Shown: positions 31,701-41,253 of the stretch, piece after piece | Layout of the letters: each line of letters opens with the position of its first letter | Numbering within the stretch: the stretch's first letter is position 1 | Assembly: GCA_003514005.1 (NCBI GenBank) | Contig: DOSJ01000006.1 | Coordinates: 2,281-66,280, forward strand | Reading direction: 5' to 3' | DNA from: Candidatus Falkowbacteria bacterium | GTDB taxonomy: Bacteria > Patescibacteriota > Patescibacteriia > Patescibacteriales > UBA12075 | Length of the DNA stretch: 64,000 nt | Position numbers and translations under genes: made by a program | The notes under the pieces: generated by a model | Databases searched by the model: none | Seen by the model: only the letters and a program-made list of their open reading frames with translations | Told to the model about the DNA's origin: nothing

Positions 31701-32393
31701 ATGAATAAGATTTTTGCAAGTATTTTTCTGTTTTTAACATTGGTCATTTCGCCAGCATTCGCAGAAACAATCACTATTAACGATGCTGTCGGCGATGCTA
31801 TCGGTATTCAATTTGAAACCTATAAAATAGATATCAAAAATTTTACTCCGGGCATTAATTCCGGGGCTATCGCATTCGACATATACACCGATTATCCTCA
31901 AAACGGCATTACTGTTGGTACCTGGGCAACTAAACCTGCTGACTTGTTTATTACTGAAACATACCATGGCGTGGACTATGAGTGGGCGATACCGCTTGTA
32001 AACCGCACTGGCTTTACTGCCGGAACAATGTATGCTGTAGGTAGCTATTTTAATTCCGATCATTTCAGTCCCGGCCCTGGTTACATCTACAATCCCGGTG
32101 AAAAAGTTCAAATTGCCACAATCAGCAGTAATTATGGAATTCCATCACTTGGTGGCGGCTCTGTTACATGGGAATCAATACCCCAGGGCATATCTGATTA
32201 CATTATCCATATTACAACAGGTATCTGGCAAGATGACCCATATGGCGTCTTTGATGTTAAATGGGTAACTGCTTACTGTGCCAATGACATTATTTCCGGA
32301 AGTACATCTCCTGTTCCTGAACCAGCAACCATGATGCTGTTCGGTCTTGGACTTCTTGGAGCCGCCAGAATCAGTCGGAAAAAAACTGCCTGA
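31701..32393 (+). CDS. PEP-CTERM sorting domain surface protein
   Basis: signal peptide (..SPAFA), C-terminal VPEPATMMLFGLGLLGAARISRKKTA; SD AAGGAG and TTGACT/TGATAA promoter upstream. Confidence 0.88.
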   Translation: MNKIFASIFLFLTLVISPAFAETITINDAVGDAIGIQFETYKIDIKNFTPGINSGAIAFDIYTDYPQNGITVGTWATKPADLFITETYHGVDYEWAIPLVNRTGFTAGTMYAVGSYFNSDHFSPGPGYIYNPGEKVQIATISSNYGIPSLGGGSVTWESIPQGISDYIIHITTGIWQDDPYGVFDVKWVTAYCANDIISGSTSPVPEPATMMLFGLGLLGAARISRKKTA

Positions 32394-32417
32394 TTTTTAT
32401 TGAAAAATCTTTAACCC

Positions 32418-32455
32418 CCCTCATCACTAATCAACCGGTTGATGAGGGTTTTTTT
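32418..32455 (+). terminator. intrinsic terminator after the PEP-CTERM gene
   Basis: CCCTCATCA...TGATGAGGG plus T-run. Confidence 0.65.
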
Positions 32456-32554
32456 ATTTGCAAGAAAAGTGATATAATTAGCGTATATAAAATATAAGAG
32501 CTTAAAAAAAATTTAATATATTTTTAATTTTAATTATTTATTTCTAACAATAGT

Positions 32555-33139
32555 ATGAAAAAGTTTATTTTATTATCAATTTTTTTAATCAGCACAATAA
32601 TTTTAGGCGGATGTTCGCAAAAAACTACCGAAAATAACAAGGATTTGCCAAATGAACAGGGATTTAGACGACCGGATTTTGGCCAACCGGAACGTAATGC
32701 GGATATTACCGGAATAGTAAAATCGATTAGTGGTAATGAAGTTACAATAATTAAAATTGAAAGACAGGAAAGACCGGAAAATACAGAAAAAACAAAAGAT
32801 ACAGAAACCGATACAACAAAAACCGCTCCGGTTCTTGGAACTGGTACGAATGGCGGAAGATTTCCCGGAGCTGGTGGCGGTATGGGTAGAGGAATGAATA
32901 TGGACACAGATCAGCAGGCGGCAATGCTCGAAAGAATAAAAGCGATGAGTACAGGAGATGTAACCGTAACAATACCTGTCGGAATTAAAATGCTTAAACC
33001 TGATACGGAAATTACAGATAAGATGGATATGGTAGAGGCGAATTTAAGTGATATTACCAAAGACAAAATGATAAATGTTTGGCTTGATGAAAGCGAAAGC
33101 GAAAATAAAAACGCGTCTTTTGTTTTGATTACTAAGTAA
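32555..33139 (+). CDS. lipoprotein associated with the ABC export operon
   Basis: lipobox LGGC, Gly-rich linker, first gene of the operon. Confidence 0.7.
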   Translation: MKKFILLSIFLISTIILGGCSQKTTENNKDLPNEQGFRRPDFGQPERNADITGIVKSISGNEVTIIKIERQERPENTEKTKDTETDTTKTAPVLGTGTNGGRFPGAGGGMGRGMNMDTDQQAAMLERIKAMSTGDVTVTIPVGIKMLKPDTEITDKMDMVEANLSDITKDKMINVWLDESESENKNASFVLITK

Positions 33140-33162
33140 TAAAAAAATAATAAATAAAAAAT

Positions 33163-35040
33163 ATGAGTGAATCAATTATTGAAGCAAGTAGAAAAGCGAG
33201 AAAAAATGGTATATTTGGATTTTTTAAGAGAAAAAGCGTGATTATTCCGCTTATTTTGATTGTTATTGCGCTAGGCGTATGGTTTTTTTATAATAAAAAC
33301 CAAAGTACTAAAGAAACAAAAAGCGTTGTCAAAATAAGCGAGGCTACGGTCAAAAAATCTGATTTGCAAATTGCTATCGAGGCGGATGGCAAAGTCGTTT
33401 CCGAAGATGGTGTAGAATTATCATTTTCCGTAAGCGGTGACACATTGGAGGTCAACCAAGTTTTTGTAAAAGAAGGGGACAAGATTAAGAAAGGCGACAA
33501 AATCGCTTCGGTACGCACAGACGACCTTAATTATGACTTGAACAAAGCATATTCAAATTATCAATCCGTCCTCGCAAGCTACAATGAAAAGGTGGCTGGT
33601 GCGACAGATAAAGAAATCGCTAATGCTAAATCATCAATCGAACAGGCTGAAATATCTTTAAGCCAGGCAAAAATAAGCTTGGAAAAAACAAGAAACAGCG
33701 CTAATGAAAAAATTGAAGACGCGGAAGAAAATGTAAATGATACACGCGAAGATATGGAACTTAATAAAAATGAGGCAACCAGCAAAGATATAAAAAATGC
33801 GTATGCCGATATTTTAGATACAGTTAAGGCTATTAATCTCAGTTTTGAAACAATTTTACTTGCTTCTGACAAAATCATCGGCGTTGACGACACGGATATT
33901 AATGATAGTTTTGAAGTAAATCTTGGTGCAAAAGATAACGCCGCGTATTTGTCTGCAAAAGACACATATCTTCAAGCGAAATATTCCTATGATGAACTTA
34001 ACGATTCTGTCATTGGTCTTTCCAAAACAAGCACTTATAGCGAAATTGATGATGCGGTAAAAAAAGCGGAAAAAGCTCTGACGCAGTTTGAGGCGCATTT
34101 ATATCAGATGCAAAAAATGATCAATGCAACTATTAGTACTGCTTCGCTTAGTCAAACACAGATTGATACTTTTAAATCTACAATTTCTTCAAATCGATCA
34201 ACAATTAACGCGAAAATAACAGCTCTTAATAACAATCTTGATTCACTTGCCGATGCTCGTGAAAATTTAGACGACTATATTACCGCATATAATAATGCAG
34301 TAAAAGATCTTGCGACAGCGAAGGAAGAGGCAAAACAAGATATTGCAAATTCCGAAGCAAGTTTAGCCGCAAAAGAATTGTCATTACAAAATGCTAAAAA
34401 TGACTACACAGAACTGTTAAAACCGCTGAGCGATTCCGAACTGGCTTCTGCACGCTCAAGCCTGACAACCGCTTCCATAAATCTTGACAAAGCTAGAAAC
34501 GACCTTAATAAAGCCGTACTCACATCACCGATAGACGGTGAACTCGCGTTGTTGAATTACAAGGCTGGTGATATTATTCTAAGCAATGAAAGCAAACCCG
34601 TTGCCGTTATAATTAATAATGATACATTATTTGTGGAATTAAATATTGAAGAATCAGATATCAGTAAATTAAGCGTAGGCCAAAAGGCGGTTGCAACCTT
34701 TGACGCCTTGGATGAACAGGAATTTAACGGAGAATTAATATATATTTCGCAAACTGCAGAAACAAGCAATAACGGCATTGTTACATACTTGGTAAAGGCT
34801 GCTTTGAGTGATACCAAAGATTCAAAGATTCGCGAAGGTATGACCGCGAGCGTAAATTTCATAATCGATGGCGTTGCTGATGTTCTGCAAATTCCGGTTT
34901 CAGCCGTAAGAAATGTAAATAGCAAGCCTTCAGTCCAATTAAAATCAAATGAATGGGTAGAGGTAAGTACTGGTTTTACTGATGGTAAAAATGTAGAAAT
35001 AAAAAGCGGTCTAAATGTTGGCGATATTGTTTTGTATTAA
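33163..35040 (+). CDS. efflux membrane-fusion/adaptor subunit (MacA/YknX-like, long coiled coil)
   Basis: TM anchor, VFVKEGDKIKKGD lipoyl half, SPIDG, IEESDI, REGMTA, SGLNVGD. Confidence 0.85.
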   Translation: MSESIIEASRKARKNGIFGFFKRKSVIIPLILIVIALGVWFFYNKNQSTKETKSVVKISEATVKKSDLQIAIEADGKVVSEDGVELSFSVSGDTLEVNQVFVKEGDKIKKGDKIASVRTDDLNYDLNKAYSNYQSVLASYNEKVAGATDKEIANAKSSIEQAEISLSQAKISLEKTRNSANEKIEDAEENVNDTREDMELNKNEATSKDIKNAYADILDTVKAINLSFETILLASDKIIGVDDTDINDSFEVNLGAKDNAAYLSAKDTYLQAKYSYDELNDSVIGLSKTSTYSEIDDAVKKAEKALTQFEAHLYQMQKMINATISTASLSQTQIDTFKSTISSNRSTINAKITALNNNLDSLADARENLDDYITAYNNAVKDLATAKEEAKQDIANSEASLAAKELSLQNAKNDYTELLKPLSDSELASARSSLTTASINLDKARNDLNKAVLTSPIDGELALLNYKAGDIILSNESKPVAVIINNDTLFVELNIEESDISKLSVGQKAVATFDALDEQEFNGELIYISQTAETSNNGIVTYLVKAALSDTKDSKIREGMTASVNFIIDGVADVLQIPVSAVRNVNSKPSVQLKSNEWVEVSTGFTDGKNVEIKSGLNVGDIVLY

Positions 35041-35063
35041 TAAGTCGTCTTTATTCTAAATCT

Positions 35064-35771
35064 ATGGAGAGTTTCATGATTCAATTAAAAAATGCTCACA
35101 AATCTTATTTTTTAGCCAATGGCGACGAAATTCCGGTTTTAAACGGTATTGATTTGCGGATAAAAAAAGGCGAATTTGTCGCGTTAATGGGCGAGTCTGG
35201 CTGTGGCAAAACCACTCTTTTGAATATCATCGGCTGTTTGCACTCTTTGAGCGAAGGCGAATATTTTTTGGATAATGAAAATATTGGCAAAGTTCATGAT
35301 GATTTTACCCTAGCATTTATTCGCAACAAAAAGATGGGGTTTATTTTCCAGCAGTTTAATCTTTTCACGCGCTTGAGTGCCCTAAAAAACGTCGCGTTGC
35401 CCGCGCTTTACGCTGGTGTAGAAAAAAAAGCAAGAGAAAATCGAGCATCTGAATTGCTCGCCAGCATCGGACTAGGGGAGAGAGTAGAACATAGGCCAAC
35501 AGAGCTTTCCGGAGGACAACAGCAAAGAGTGGCGATTGCTCGAGCGCTTATGAATGATCCGGAAATAATTTTAGCCGATGAACCAACCGGAGCACTTGAT
35601 TCCAAATCAGGACAAGAAGTTATGGAAATATTTATGGGATTTAAAAATAGGGGAAAAACAGTTGTCATGGTAACCCACACCACGGAAGTTGCGAAATTTG
35701 CCGACAGAATAATTTATTTGCGTGACGGAAAAGTCGTTGACAATGACTACAAGTTGAAAAATAATTATTAA
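35064..35771 (+). CDS. ABC transporter ATP-binding protein (MacB/LolD family)
   Basis: GESGCGKTT, LSGGQQQRVAIARAL, ILADEPTGALD. Confidence 0.95.
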   Translation: MESFMIQLKNAHKSYFLANGDEIPVLNGIDLRIKKGEFVALMGESGCGKTTLLNIIGCLHSLSEGEYFLDNENIGKVHDDFTLAFIRNKKMGFIFQQFNLFTRLSALKNVALPALYAGVEKKARENRASELLASIGLGERVEHRPTELSGGQQQRVAIARALMNDPEIILADEPTGALDSKSGQEVMEIFMGFKNRGKTVVMVTHTTEVAKFADRIIYLRDGKVVDNDYKLKNNY

Positions 35772-35798
35772 TTTAAGCATAATGACACATTTTATCTC

Positions 35799-35834
35799 AG
35801 CGTAAATCCGCGTTTATATCCGCGTCTATCCGCG
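35799..35834. repeat. CGCG-anchored four-unit repeat, inverted copy
   Basis: reverse complement CGCGGATAGA CGCGGATATAAA CGCGGATTTA CGCT has the same 10-12-10 spacing as 22421-22458. Confidence 0.7.
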
Positions 35835-35909
35835 CTTAGCTACCAATATAACAAAATATCAAAAAACGAAGAACGTTAACAACGAAAATTAACTCGTTAA
35901 TTAAACAAT

Positions 35910-37115
35910 ATGATATTCGAAATTTTTAAAATGGCATTTGAATCGCTTTTGGCTAAAAAAACCAGAAGTTTTTTGTCGATGTTGGGAATTATAATCGGAG
36001 TGTCTACTGTCATTGCCGTATTTGCAATCGGACAAGGAGCAAGAAATGCGGTTGATGAACAATTTGCCGGATTGAGCGCGAAATCAATTATGATAATGGG
36101 TAACATGGGACGTCCGGGTTCAACAGCTAGCTCAAAATTAAGCATCGACGATGTCAAAGTAATTCGGGATAATGCAGAACACATTGCGTTGGCCACTGGT
36201 ATCATCCAGGGCAATGCAACTGTAAGCTATGAATCCAGTGAAGCATCATATTCGGTTGTTGGAACTGATCTTGATTTTTTTCAAATTGCTAACCAAAAGA
36301 TTGTACAAGGACGAATGTTCAGTGAAGAAGAGATCAACTCAAAAGACCGCTTAGTAATTTTGGGTAGTGATGTAGTAGAAAATCTCTATACAGATAAAAA
36401 TCAAGTTATCGGCAGTACAATTACAGTTGGTGGGAAAAAACTTGAAGTGATTGGCTATTTTGAAGAAACCGGTGGCACACTGGGGCGTACCAGCAAAGAC
36501 GAAGCGGTATACGTTCCATACCAAACTGCCCAATCCAGTATTCTTGGTTCCCAAGGTGGAAATTTAATGGTTACTATGGAAGCAGATGATGTGAATAACA
36601 TCAGTATTGCCACGGAAGAAGTAACAAAAATTTTGCGCACCGAACATAAATTAAAAGACGGACAAGAGGATGATTTTCGTGTTATGGATGCTGGATCAAT
36701 GGTTGGCGCCGCTCAAGATTCCGCCTCACTTATGAGCACAGTTTTAACATTAGTTGCTGCCATTACACTTTTGGTTTCTGGGATTGGTATTATGAATGTT
36801 ATGTTTGTTACGGTCGCGGAACGAACCAAAGAAATAGGCATAGCCAAAGCTATTGGTGGTAAACAGGGCAATATCTTGACTCAATTTTTACTGGAATCAG
36901 TAATTTTGTCTACAGTTGGGGGACTTATCGGAGTTATTATCGGCCAATCAGCCATCCCAATTATTTCATATTTTAATTTAATGACCATGTCTTCATCACT
37001 TTCTGGCCCGCTTTTAGGTTTTACTTTTTCTGCAATTGTTGGCGTATTTTTTGGCTTTTACCCTGCGCTAAAAGCCAGTAAGCTTGATCCGGTCGATGCT
37101 TTGCGAAGTGAGTAG
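35910..37115 (+). CDS. ABC transporter permease (MacB-type)
   Basis: RSFLSMLGIIIGV, GIGIMNVM..TV.ERTKEIG, YPA.KAS.LDP.DALR. Confidence 0.93.
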   Translation: MIFEIFKMAFESLLAKKTRSFLSMLGIIIGVSTVIAVFAIGQGARNAVDEQFAGLSAKSIMIMGNMGRPGSTASSKLSIDDVKVIRDNAEHIALATGIIQGNATVSYESSEASYSVVGTDLDFFQIANQKIVQGRMFSEEEINSKDRLVILGSDVVENLYTDKNQVIGSTITVGGKKLEVIGYFEETGGTLGRTSKDEAVYVPYQTAQSSILGSQGGNLMVTMEADDVNNISIATEEVTKILRTEHKLKDGQEDDFRVMDAGSMVGAAQDSASLMSTVLTLVAAITLLVSGIGIMNVMFVTVAERTKEIGIAKAIGGKQGNILTQFLLESVILSTVGGLIGVIIGQSAIPIISYFNLMTMSSSLSGPLLGFTFSAIVGVFFGFYPALKASKLDPVDALRSE

Positions 37116-37146
37116 TTATGGTTAGCGGGGAGGTGGGGAGTCAAAC

Positions 37147-37265
37147 TTGCTTTTTTGTAAATGTTGTGCTAATATAAAAAATTCTTTCCAATTCTGGAAA
37201 GGTCCCAAACCTCGGGTAGGGGGTGCACATTAAAAAGCGGGCTTTTAGCCTGCGAGGAGGAAGTA
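37147..37265 (+). promoter_or_regulatory. promoter plus structured leader with strong SD
   Basis: TTGCTT-N17-TAATAT; hairpins CTTTCCA/TGGAAAG and GCGGGCT/AGCCTGC; GGAGG before the ATG. Confidence 0.5.
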
Positions 37266-38243
37266 ATGAATCATCATAAAGTAAGTATTGAGAGTGTCGC
37301 AAGAGTAGTGATGGCATTGGGGTTAGACGGTTTTAAAAAACTTAGCAGTCATATGCCGGCATGCAGTGTGAAATATGCCGGATTCACCATAGGTGAAGTT
37401 GAAGCAATTCTCAATATCCTAGGTGAAGCAAATATAAAAAGAATGTTGGCGGGCGACGTTACTATTGAAATTAAGGAACTTATCCAAAAAATGGTGGATA
37501 AAAACGGACGTTTTATTCCACTGGTTGGCTCAAAAAATTACGATTGTAATCCGAAACCGGACTACAAACTTATTCAGCCGGATATTAACTATGCGGAACG
37601 GTTTAATAAAGCTGCTAAGTTTTTACACAACGCAATATTTGTATCGGCAGAGGAATACCAGAAGAGGAGCGAAAAACTTATTGAACAATTGCAAAATGAC
37701 CCTATGTTTTCAAATTTATTAAACGGCGTTTGGCTACCCGTCTGTTATCCTGAGTTTCGAGTTTCTGATTACAAAAAAGATCTGTTTGGATATTTCTTAA
37801 ATGCTGTTACTGCTTCATATGCACTTCAGATTCCAGGAAGGTATTTTAATAATTACATAAAAGTTGTGTTTCCAGGAAAAATTAAAATTGTTGATGAGAG
37901 TCATGAACGTTTTATTGCTAAGATGGCCAAAGGTCCGCTTGTGGGACTCCAGTTTTTCCCTTTTCAAGGATTTTCCATCAACGCAGTAAGGGAATTAATG
38001 TCGATACTTCCGAAGTCAATGTATCTTTCAGGTCCGATTGATTTTGCAGTTGCGATGACTATCCATCCTGATATCTTGGCACGTGATTATTTTACACCAT
38101 GTTACGATTGTTCTGCGGTATCTTGGGATTCCAGCTACTCGACATATTTTGTTGCCACCCAAGAAAGTTTAAGGTTTGATTGTGCCTTAGGTTTCGGCAA
38201 TGCGCATAGCCACTCTACCAGTAGCTTGATTTACCTCGGATAA
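37266..38243 (+). CDS. hypothetical protein (possible DGR-target-like C-terminal lectin fold)
   Basis: 325-aa ORF with own SD and terminator; fold assignment is inference. Confidence 0.7.
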   Translation: MNHHKVSIESVARVVMALGLDGFKKLSSHMPACSVKYAGFTIGEVEAILNILGEANIKRMLAGDVTIEIKELIQKMVDKNGRFIPLVGSKNYDCNPKPDYKLIQPDINYAERFNKAAKFLHNAIFVSAEEYQKRSEKLIEQLQNDPMFSNLLNGVWLPVCYPEFRVSDYKKDLFGYFLNAVTASYALQIPGRYFNNYIKVVFPGKIKIVDESHERFIAKMAKGPLVGLQFFPFQGFSINAVRELMSILPKSMYLSGPIDFAVAMTIHPDILARDYFTPCYDCSAVSWDSSYSTYFVATQESLRFDCALGFGNAHSHSTSSLIYLG

Positions 38244-38303
38244 TAGTTTAGGCTACTTACCTTTTTTCATTAACTGCATTTTTTGTTCTTTAAGAAGTAT
38301 ACT

Positions 38304-38330
38304 GGAGGCGTGAGTAACCCGCCTCCTTTT
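38304..38330 (+). terminator. GC hairpin downstream of the orphan gene
   Basis: GGAGGCG-N9-CGCCTCC followed by TTT. Confidence 0.55.
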
Positions 38331-38468
38331 ATTTTTGAGAAATTTTAGTTAAATTGATTCAAACTATTTTTTTTCCTTGAGAATTATTTGAGTACAGATT
38401 GTCTAATATGCGTTTAAAAATAAGGGAAGAATTATGTAGTGATTATTAGGGGGGGGGTAATAAATAAT

Positions 38469-38505
38469 TTGACAAATTTATTTGGTGTGGTAAAATATTA
38501 CCACA
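38469..38505 (+). promoter_or_regulatory. promoter with overlapping palindromic operator
   Basis: TTGACA (38469), TAAAAT (38491); perfect inverted repeat TGTGGTAA-AATA-TTACCACA (38486-38505). Confidence 0.7.
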
Positions 38506-38580
38506 GTTAATAAATCTTTTCCCCATACCTAAAAAGCTCGTGAATTTTATCATGCTTTTTAATTCGTGGGTCATAAACAT

Positions 38581-38958
38581 ATGGAGAAAAAAACAAACAA
38601 TTTCGGGGCAATACTCAAAGAATTTCGTTTTAAAAAAAACCTAAGTTTAAGAGAGGTATGTAAAGAGATTGGCTATGATCCAAGCAATTGGAGCAAGATT
38701 GAGCGGGGAGTATTGGCTCCACCGACCGACTTAAATACTTTGCATAAATGGGCGCTTACTTTGGGTCTAAAAAAGGGCGATAGCGCGTATCAAGATTTTA
38801 TCGACCAAGCCAATATATCACAGGGTATAATCCCAGAGGACATTCTGGCTCAAAAAAATCTGGTCAAAAGCCTACCGGCCTTTTTCCGCACTATTCGCAA
38901 CGACAAGCCATCCAAGGAGGAGATTGATACGTTGATTAAATTAATTAGGAATTCTTAA
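38581..38958 (+). CDS. XRE-family HTH transcriptional regulator
   Basis: FG.ILKEFR...LSLREVC...YDPSNWSKIERG; ATG 38581 preferred over GTG 38566. Confidence 0.88.
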   Translation: MEKKTNNFGAILKEFRFKKNLSLREVCKEIGYDPSNWSKIERGVLAPPTDLNTLHKWALTLGLKKGDSAYQDFIDQANISQGIIPEDILAQKNLVKSLPAFFRTIRNDKPSKEEIDTLIKLIRNS

Positions 38959-38963
38959 AGCAA

Positions 38964-39578
38964 ATGGATTTTAGCAAATTCAGAACACCTTACATTAAAA
39001 AAGACGTTATTAAAATCAAGGCTGATACTTTTCGGAAAATGTACTGGAATGATTCTATTCCCGTAGATATCGAAAAGATTATAGATGTCAAATTGGGTAT
39101 TGACATTATTCCGACTCCGGACATGATGAAGCTTTGCAATACCGATGCCTTAATCTCATCTGATTTTACTTCAATTAACGTTGATAACGATTGGTACAAT
39201 GACGAGCGAAATATGAACCGTCTCCGTTTTTCTTTGGCACACGAAATGGGTCATTTTGTTTTGCATAAGGATATTTATGGAAGTTTTAAGATTGAAAGTC
39301 TTGATGATTTTTATAATTTTATAGAAAACATCTCTCAACAAACCTACCGGAGCATGGAATGGCAAGCGCAAACCTTTGCCAGTTATTTGCTGGTCCCGCG
39401 AGACATGGTGAGGTCTGTTTACAAAAAAATTTATGATGAAGTGCGACAAAGCGCTTCTATGGATTTTTCAAATATTGAGGAAGAATTTTTAAATGATCTT
39501 ATGTCTGTGCCAATGAGTAAAGAATTCGGAATTTCAGCGGAGGCGATGTTTTATGTGTTGAGTGAGTATAAAAATTGA
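38964..39578 (+). CDS. ImmA/IrrE family Zn metallopeptidase
   Basis: RLRFSLAHEMGH (HExxH), EWQAQTFASYLLVP. Confidence 0.9.
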   Translation: MDFSKFRTPYIKKDVIKIKADTFRKMYWNDSIPVDIEKIIDVKLGIDIIPTPDMMKLCNTDALISSDFTSINVDNDWYNDERNMNRLRFSLAHEMGHFVLHKDIYGSFKIESLDDFYNFIENISQQTYRSMEWQAQTFASYLLVPRDMVRSVYKKIYDEVRQSASMDFSNIEEEFLNDLMSVPMSKEFGISAEAMFYVLSEYKN

Positions 39579-39645
39579 TTTTATGGATTTTAAATAATAA
39601 TATTTTAAAAATAATTTTCGTTTGCATGCTTGGCGATGAATAATT

Positions 39646-40044
39646 ATGGAAAAGCGATTTATCGTCCTCATGCTTTTGTTATTTTCACTTTCTGCCTGCA
39701 CCGCGTACGATATCCCTCAAACTTATGTAGAGCCGGTCGAGAAATCGGTTATTGAGAGACCGATTGATACAAGCAGTTTGACTGTTCCGGAAAAAAGCTC
39801 TGTTAGTGAACGGACTGAAACAGATGCGAAAACAAAAACAGTTACCGAAAAACCAAGCATTGATGTTCCGCTTTCCAATGACAATCACTACACCAATGTC
39901 GATGGCAACGAAGTTCATTCTCCGGCTTTCGCCCCATCCCGCCCATCCGGCGCTTCGGCCATGTGTAGAGACGGGAGTTATTCATTCTCACAGAATCGAC
40001 GGGGGACTTGCTCGCGGCATGGTGGGGTTGAGGAGTGGTATTAG
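39646..40044 (+). CDS. DUF3761 domain lipoprotein
   Basis: lipobox LSAC; YTNVDG..VHSP, A.CRDGSYSFS...GTCS.HGGV. Confidence 0.8.
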   Translation: MEKRFIVLMLLLFSLSACTAYDIPQTYVEPVEKSVIERPIDTSSLTVPEKSSVSERTETDAKTKTVTEKPSIDVPLSNDNHYTNVDGNEVHSPAFAPSRPSGASAMCRDGSYSFSQNRRGTCSRHGGVEEWY

Positions 40045-40113
40045 GACAATATTACCATATTCATTATTGCCGTAACTTCAGTATAGAGGGAATATTATTA
40101 AATAAAAAAAATT

Positions 40114-41253
40114 ATGAACGAATTTGATGTTGTAAATTTAAACAAACAGATGTTCCAGCTTACTATTCAGCTGCTCAAGTCTACTTGGCCATTAATTTTG
40201 TTTGCTATTGTTGCGTCAGTAACGATTCGATGGACTGAAAAGAATATTCAGGAAAAATCAATTAAATTTTTTGTAAGAAAACATAAAATAGAAATTTATA
40301 CAGGTATTTTTGGTATTGTAGGTTATGTAATAAGCTACTTATTTATTGAACAGCCAAATATTACATTATTAATGAATGTGGTAATTACTATAACGGTAAT
40401 TTCATTAGTTATATATTCAAAAACTAAAGACAGAGATTTTTATTTTATCTCACTGTTAAATGATCTTGAAAGATATGAATGGATAGGTCAAGGTACTTTT
40501 CAATTTAATAGAAATGAAAAATCGTTTGAAATTACAAATTCTCATTCTGGTTATATTTATCCCAGATGTCTAAATTGGAGTGATTATTACACTAATTTTG
40601 AATTTAAAATTATAAACAAAAGCTTAGGTGTTATTTTGCGCGCAACAAATTTATCAAATTTAGTTATGCTTCAAATATTTGATGAAGGAATAAAAGCACA
40701 CATAAGAGTAAATGGATTTTGGCAGTCTTGGGATATGCATAGCACTCATTTAAAATTTAGTCATAGGTTAAATTTGGATCAATGGTATGAGTTTAGCGCA
40801 TATTGTGATAAAAACTCTATCAAGGTTGTGATATCAGAAAATGATTTAGAAAATAAAACCGTTTTCGATAGAAGCTGGAGTATTCCAACTGGTAGTATAA
40901 ACTTTGAAATTAAAAATGGCGATGAAATTAGTGGTACAATGCCTTTTTCAATAAATTTGGAATTCGGAACATTGGGTTTTAGAAACCATGGGGACGAAAG
41001 GGCGTTAGTTAAAAATTTATTTAATGAATTACCCCGGGGCAGAGCCCCGAGGTATCTCGCTGTTAGCAAGATGTTGTGTTTTAAAAAAACTTTAGTTGTC
41101 CTTCATGGATCCGTACGTAGTTGCTACTCTGCTTTTCGATGTAACTTCTTATCATTGCTTCATTTCCGTATTGCCCCACAGTATTGGCATAGTAGCCCGA
41201 TGTCCATAGACTCCCTCCCCAAAGTATCTTCTTTATTTCAGGATGTTTTTTGA
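40114..41253 (+). CDS. membrane protein with lectin/LamG-like beta domain; C-terminus replaced by IS200 read-through
   Basis: three N-terminal TM segments, beta-rich domain ending GTLGFRN..DERALVKNLF; residues after 41023 derive from the IS. Confidence 0.7.
   Translation: MNEFDVVNLNKQMFQLTIQLLKSTWPLILFAIVASVTIRWTEKNIQEKSIKFFVRKHKIEIYTGIFGIVGYVISYLFIEQPNITLLMNVVITITVISLVIYSKTKDRDFYFISLLNDLERYEWIGQGTFQFNRNEKSFEITNSHSGYIYPRCLNWSDYYTNFEFKIINKSLGVILRATNLSNLVMLQIFDEGIKAHIRVNGFWQSWDMHSTHLKFSHRLNLDQWYEFSAYCDKNSIKVVISENDLENKTVFDRSWSIPTGSINFEIKNGDEISGTMPFSINLEFGTLGFRNHGDERALVKNLFNELPRGRAPRYLAVSKMLCFKKTLVVLHGSVRSCYSAFRCNFLSLLHFRIAPQYWHSSPMSIDSLPKVSSLFQDVF

Noticed and set aside
37266..38330. Complete DGR locus
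   Set aside because: No reverse transcriptase, Avd or template repeat in the window; kept only as a possible remote target.
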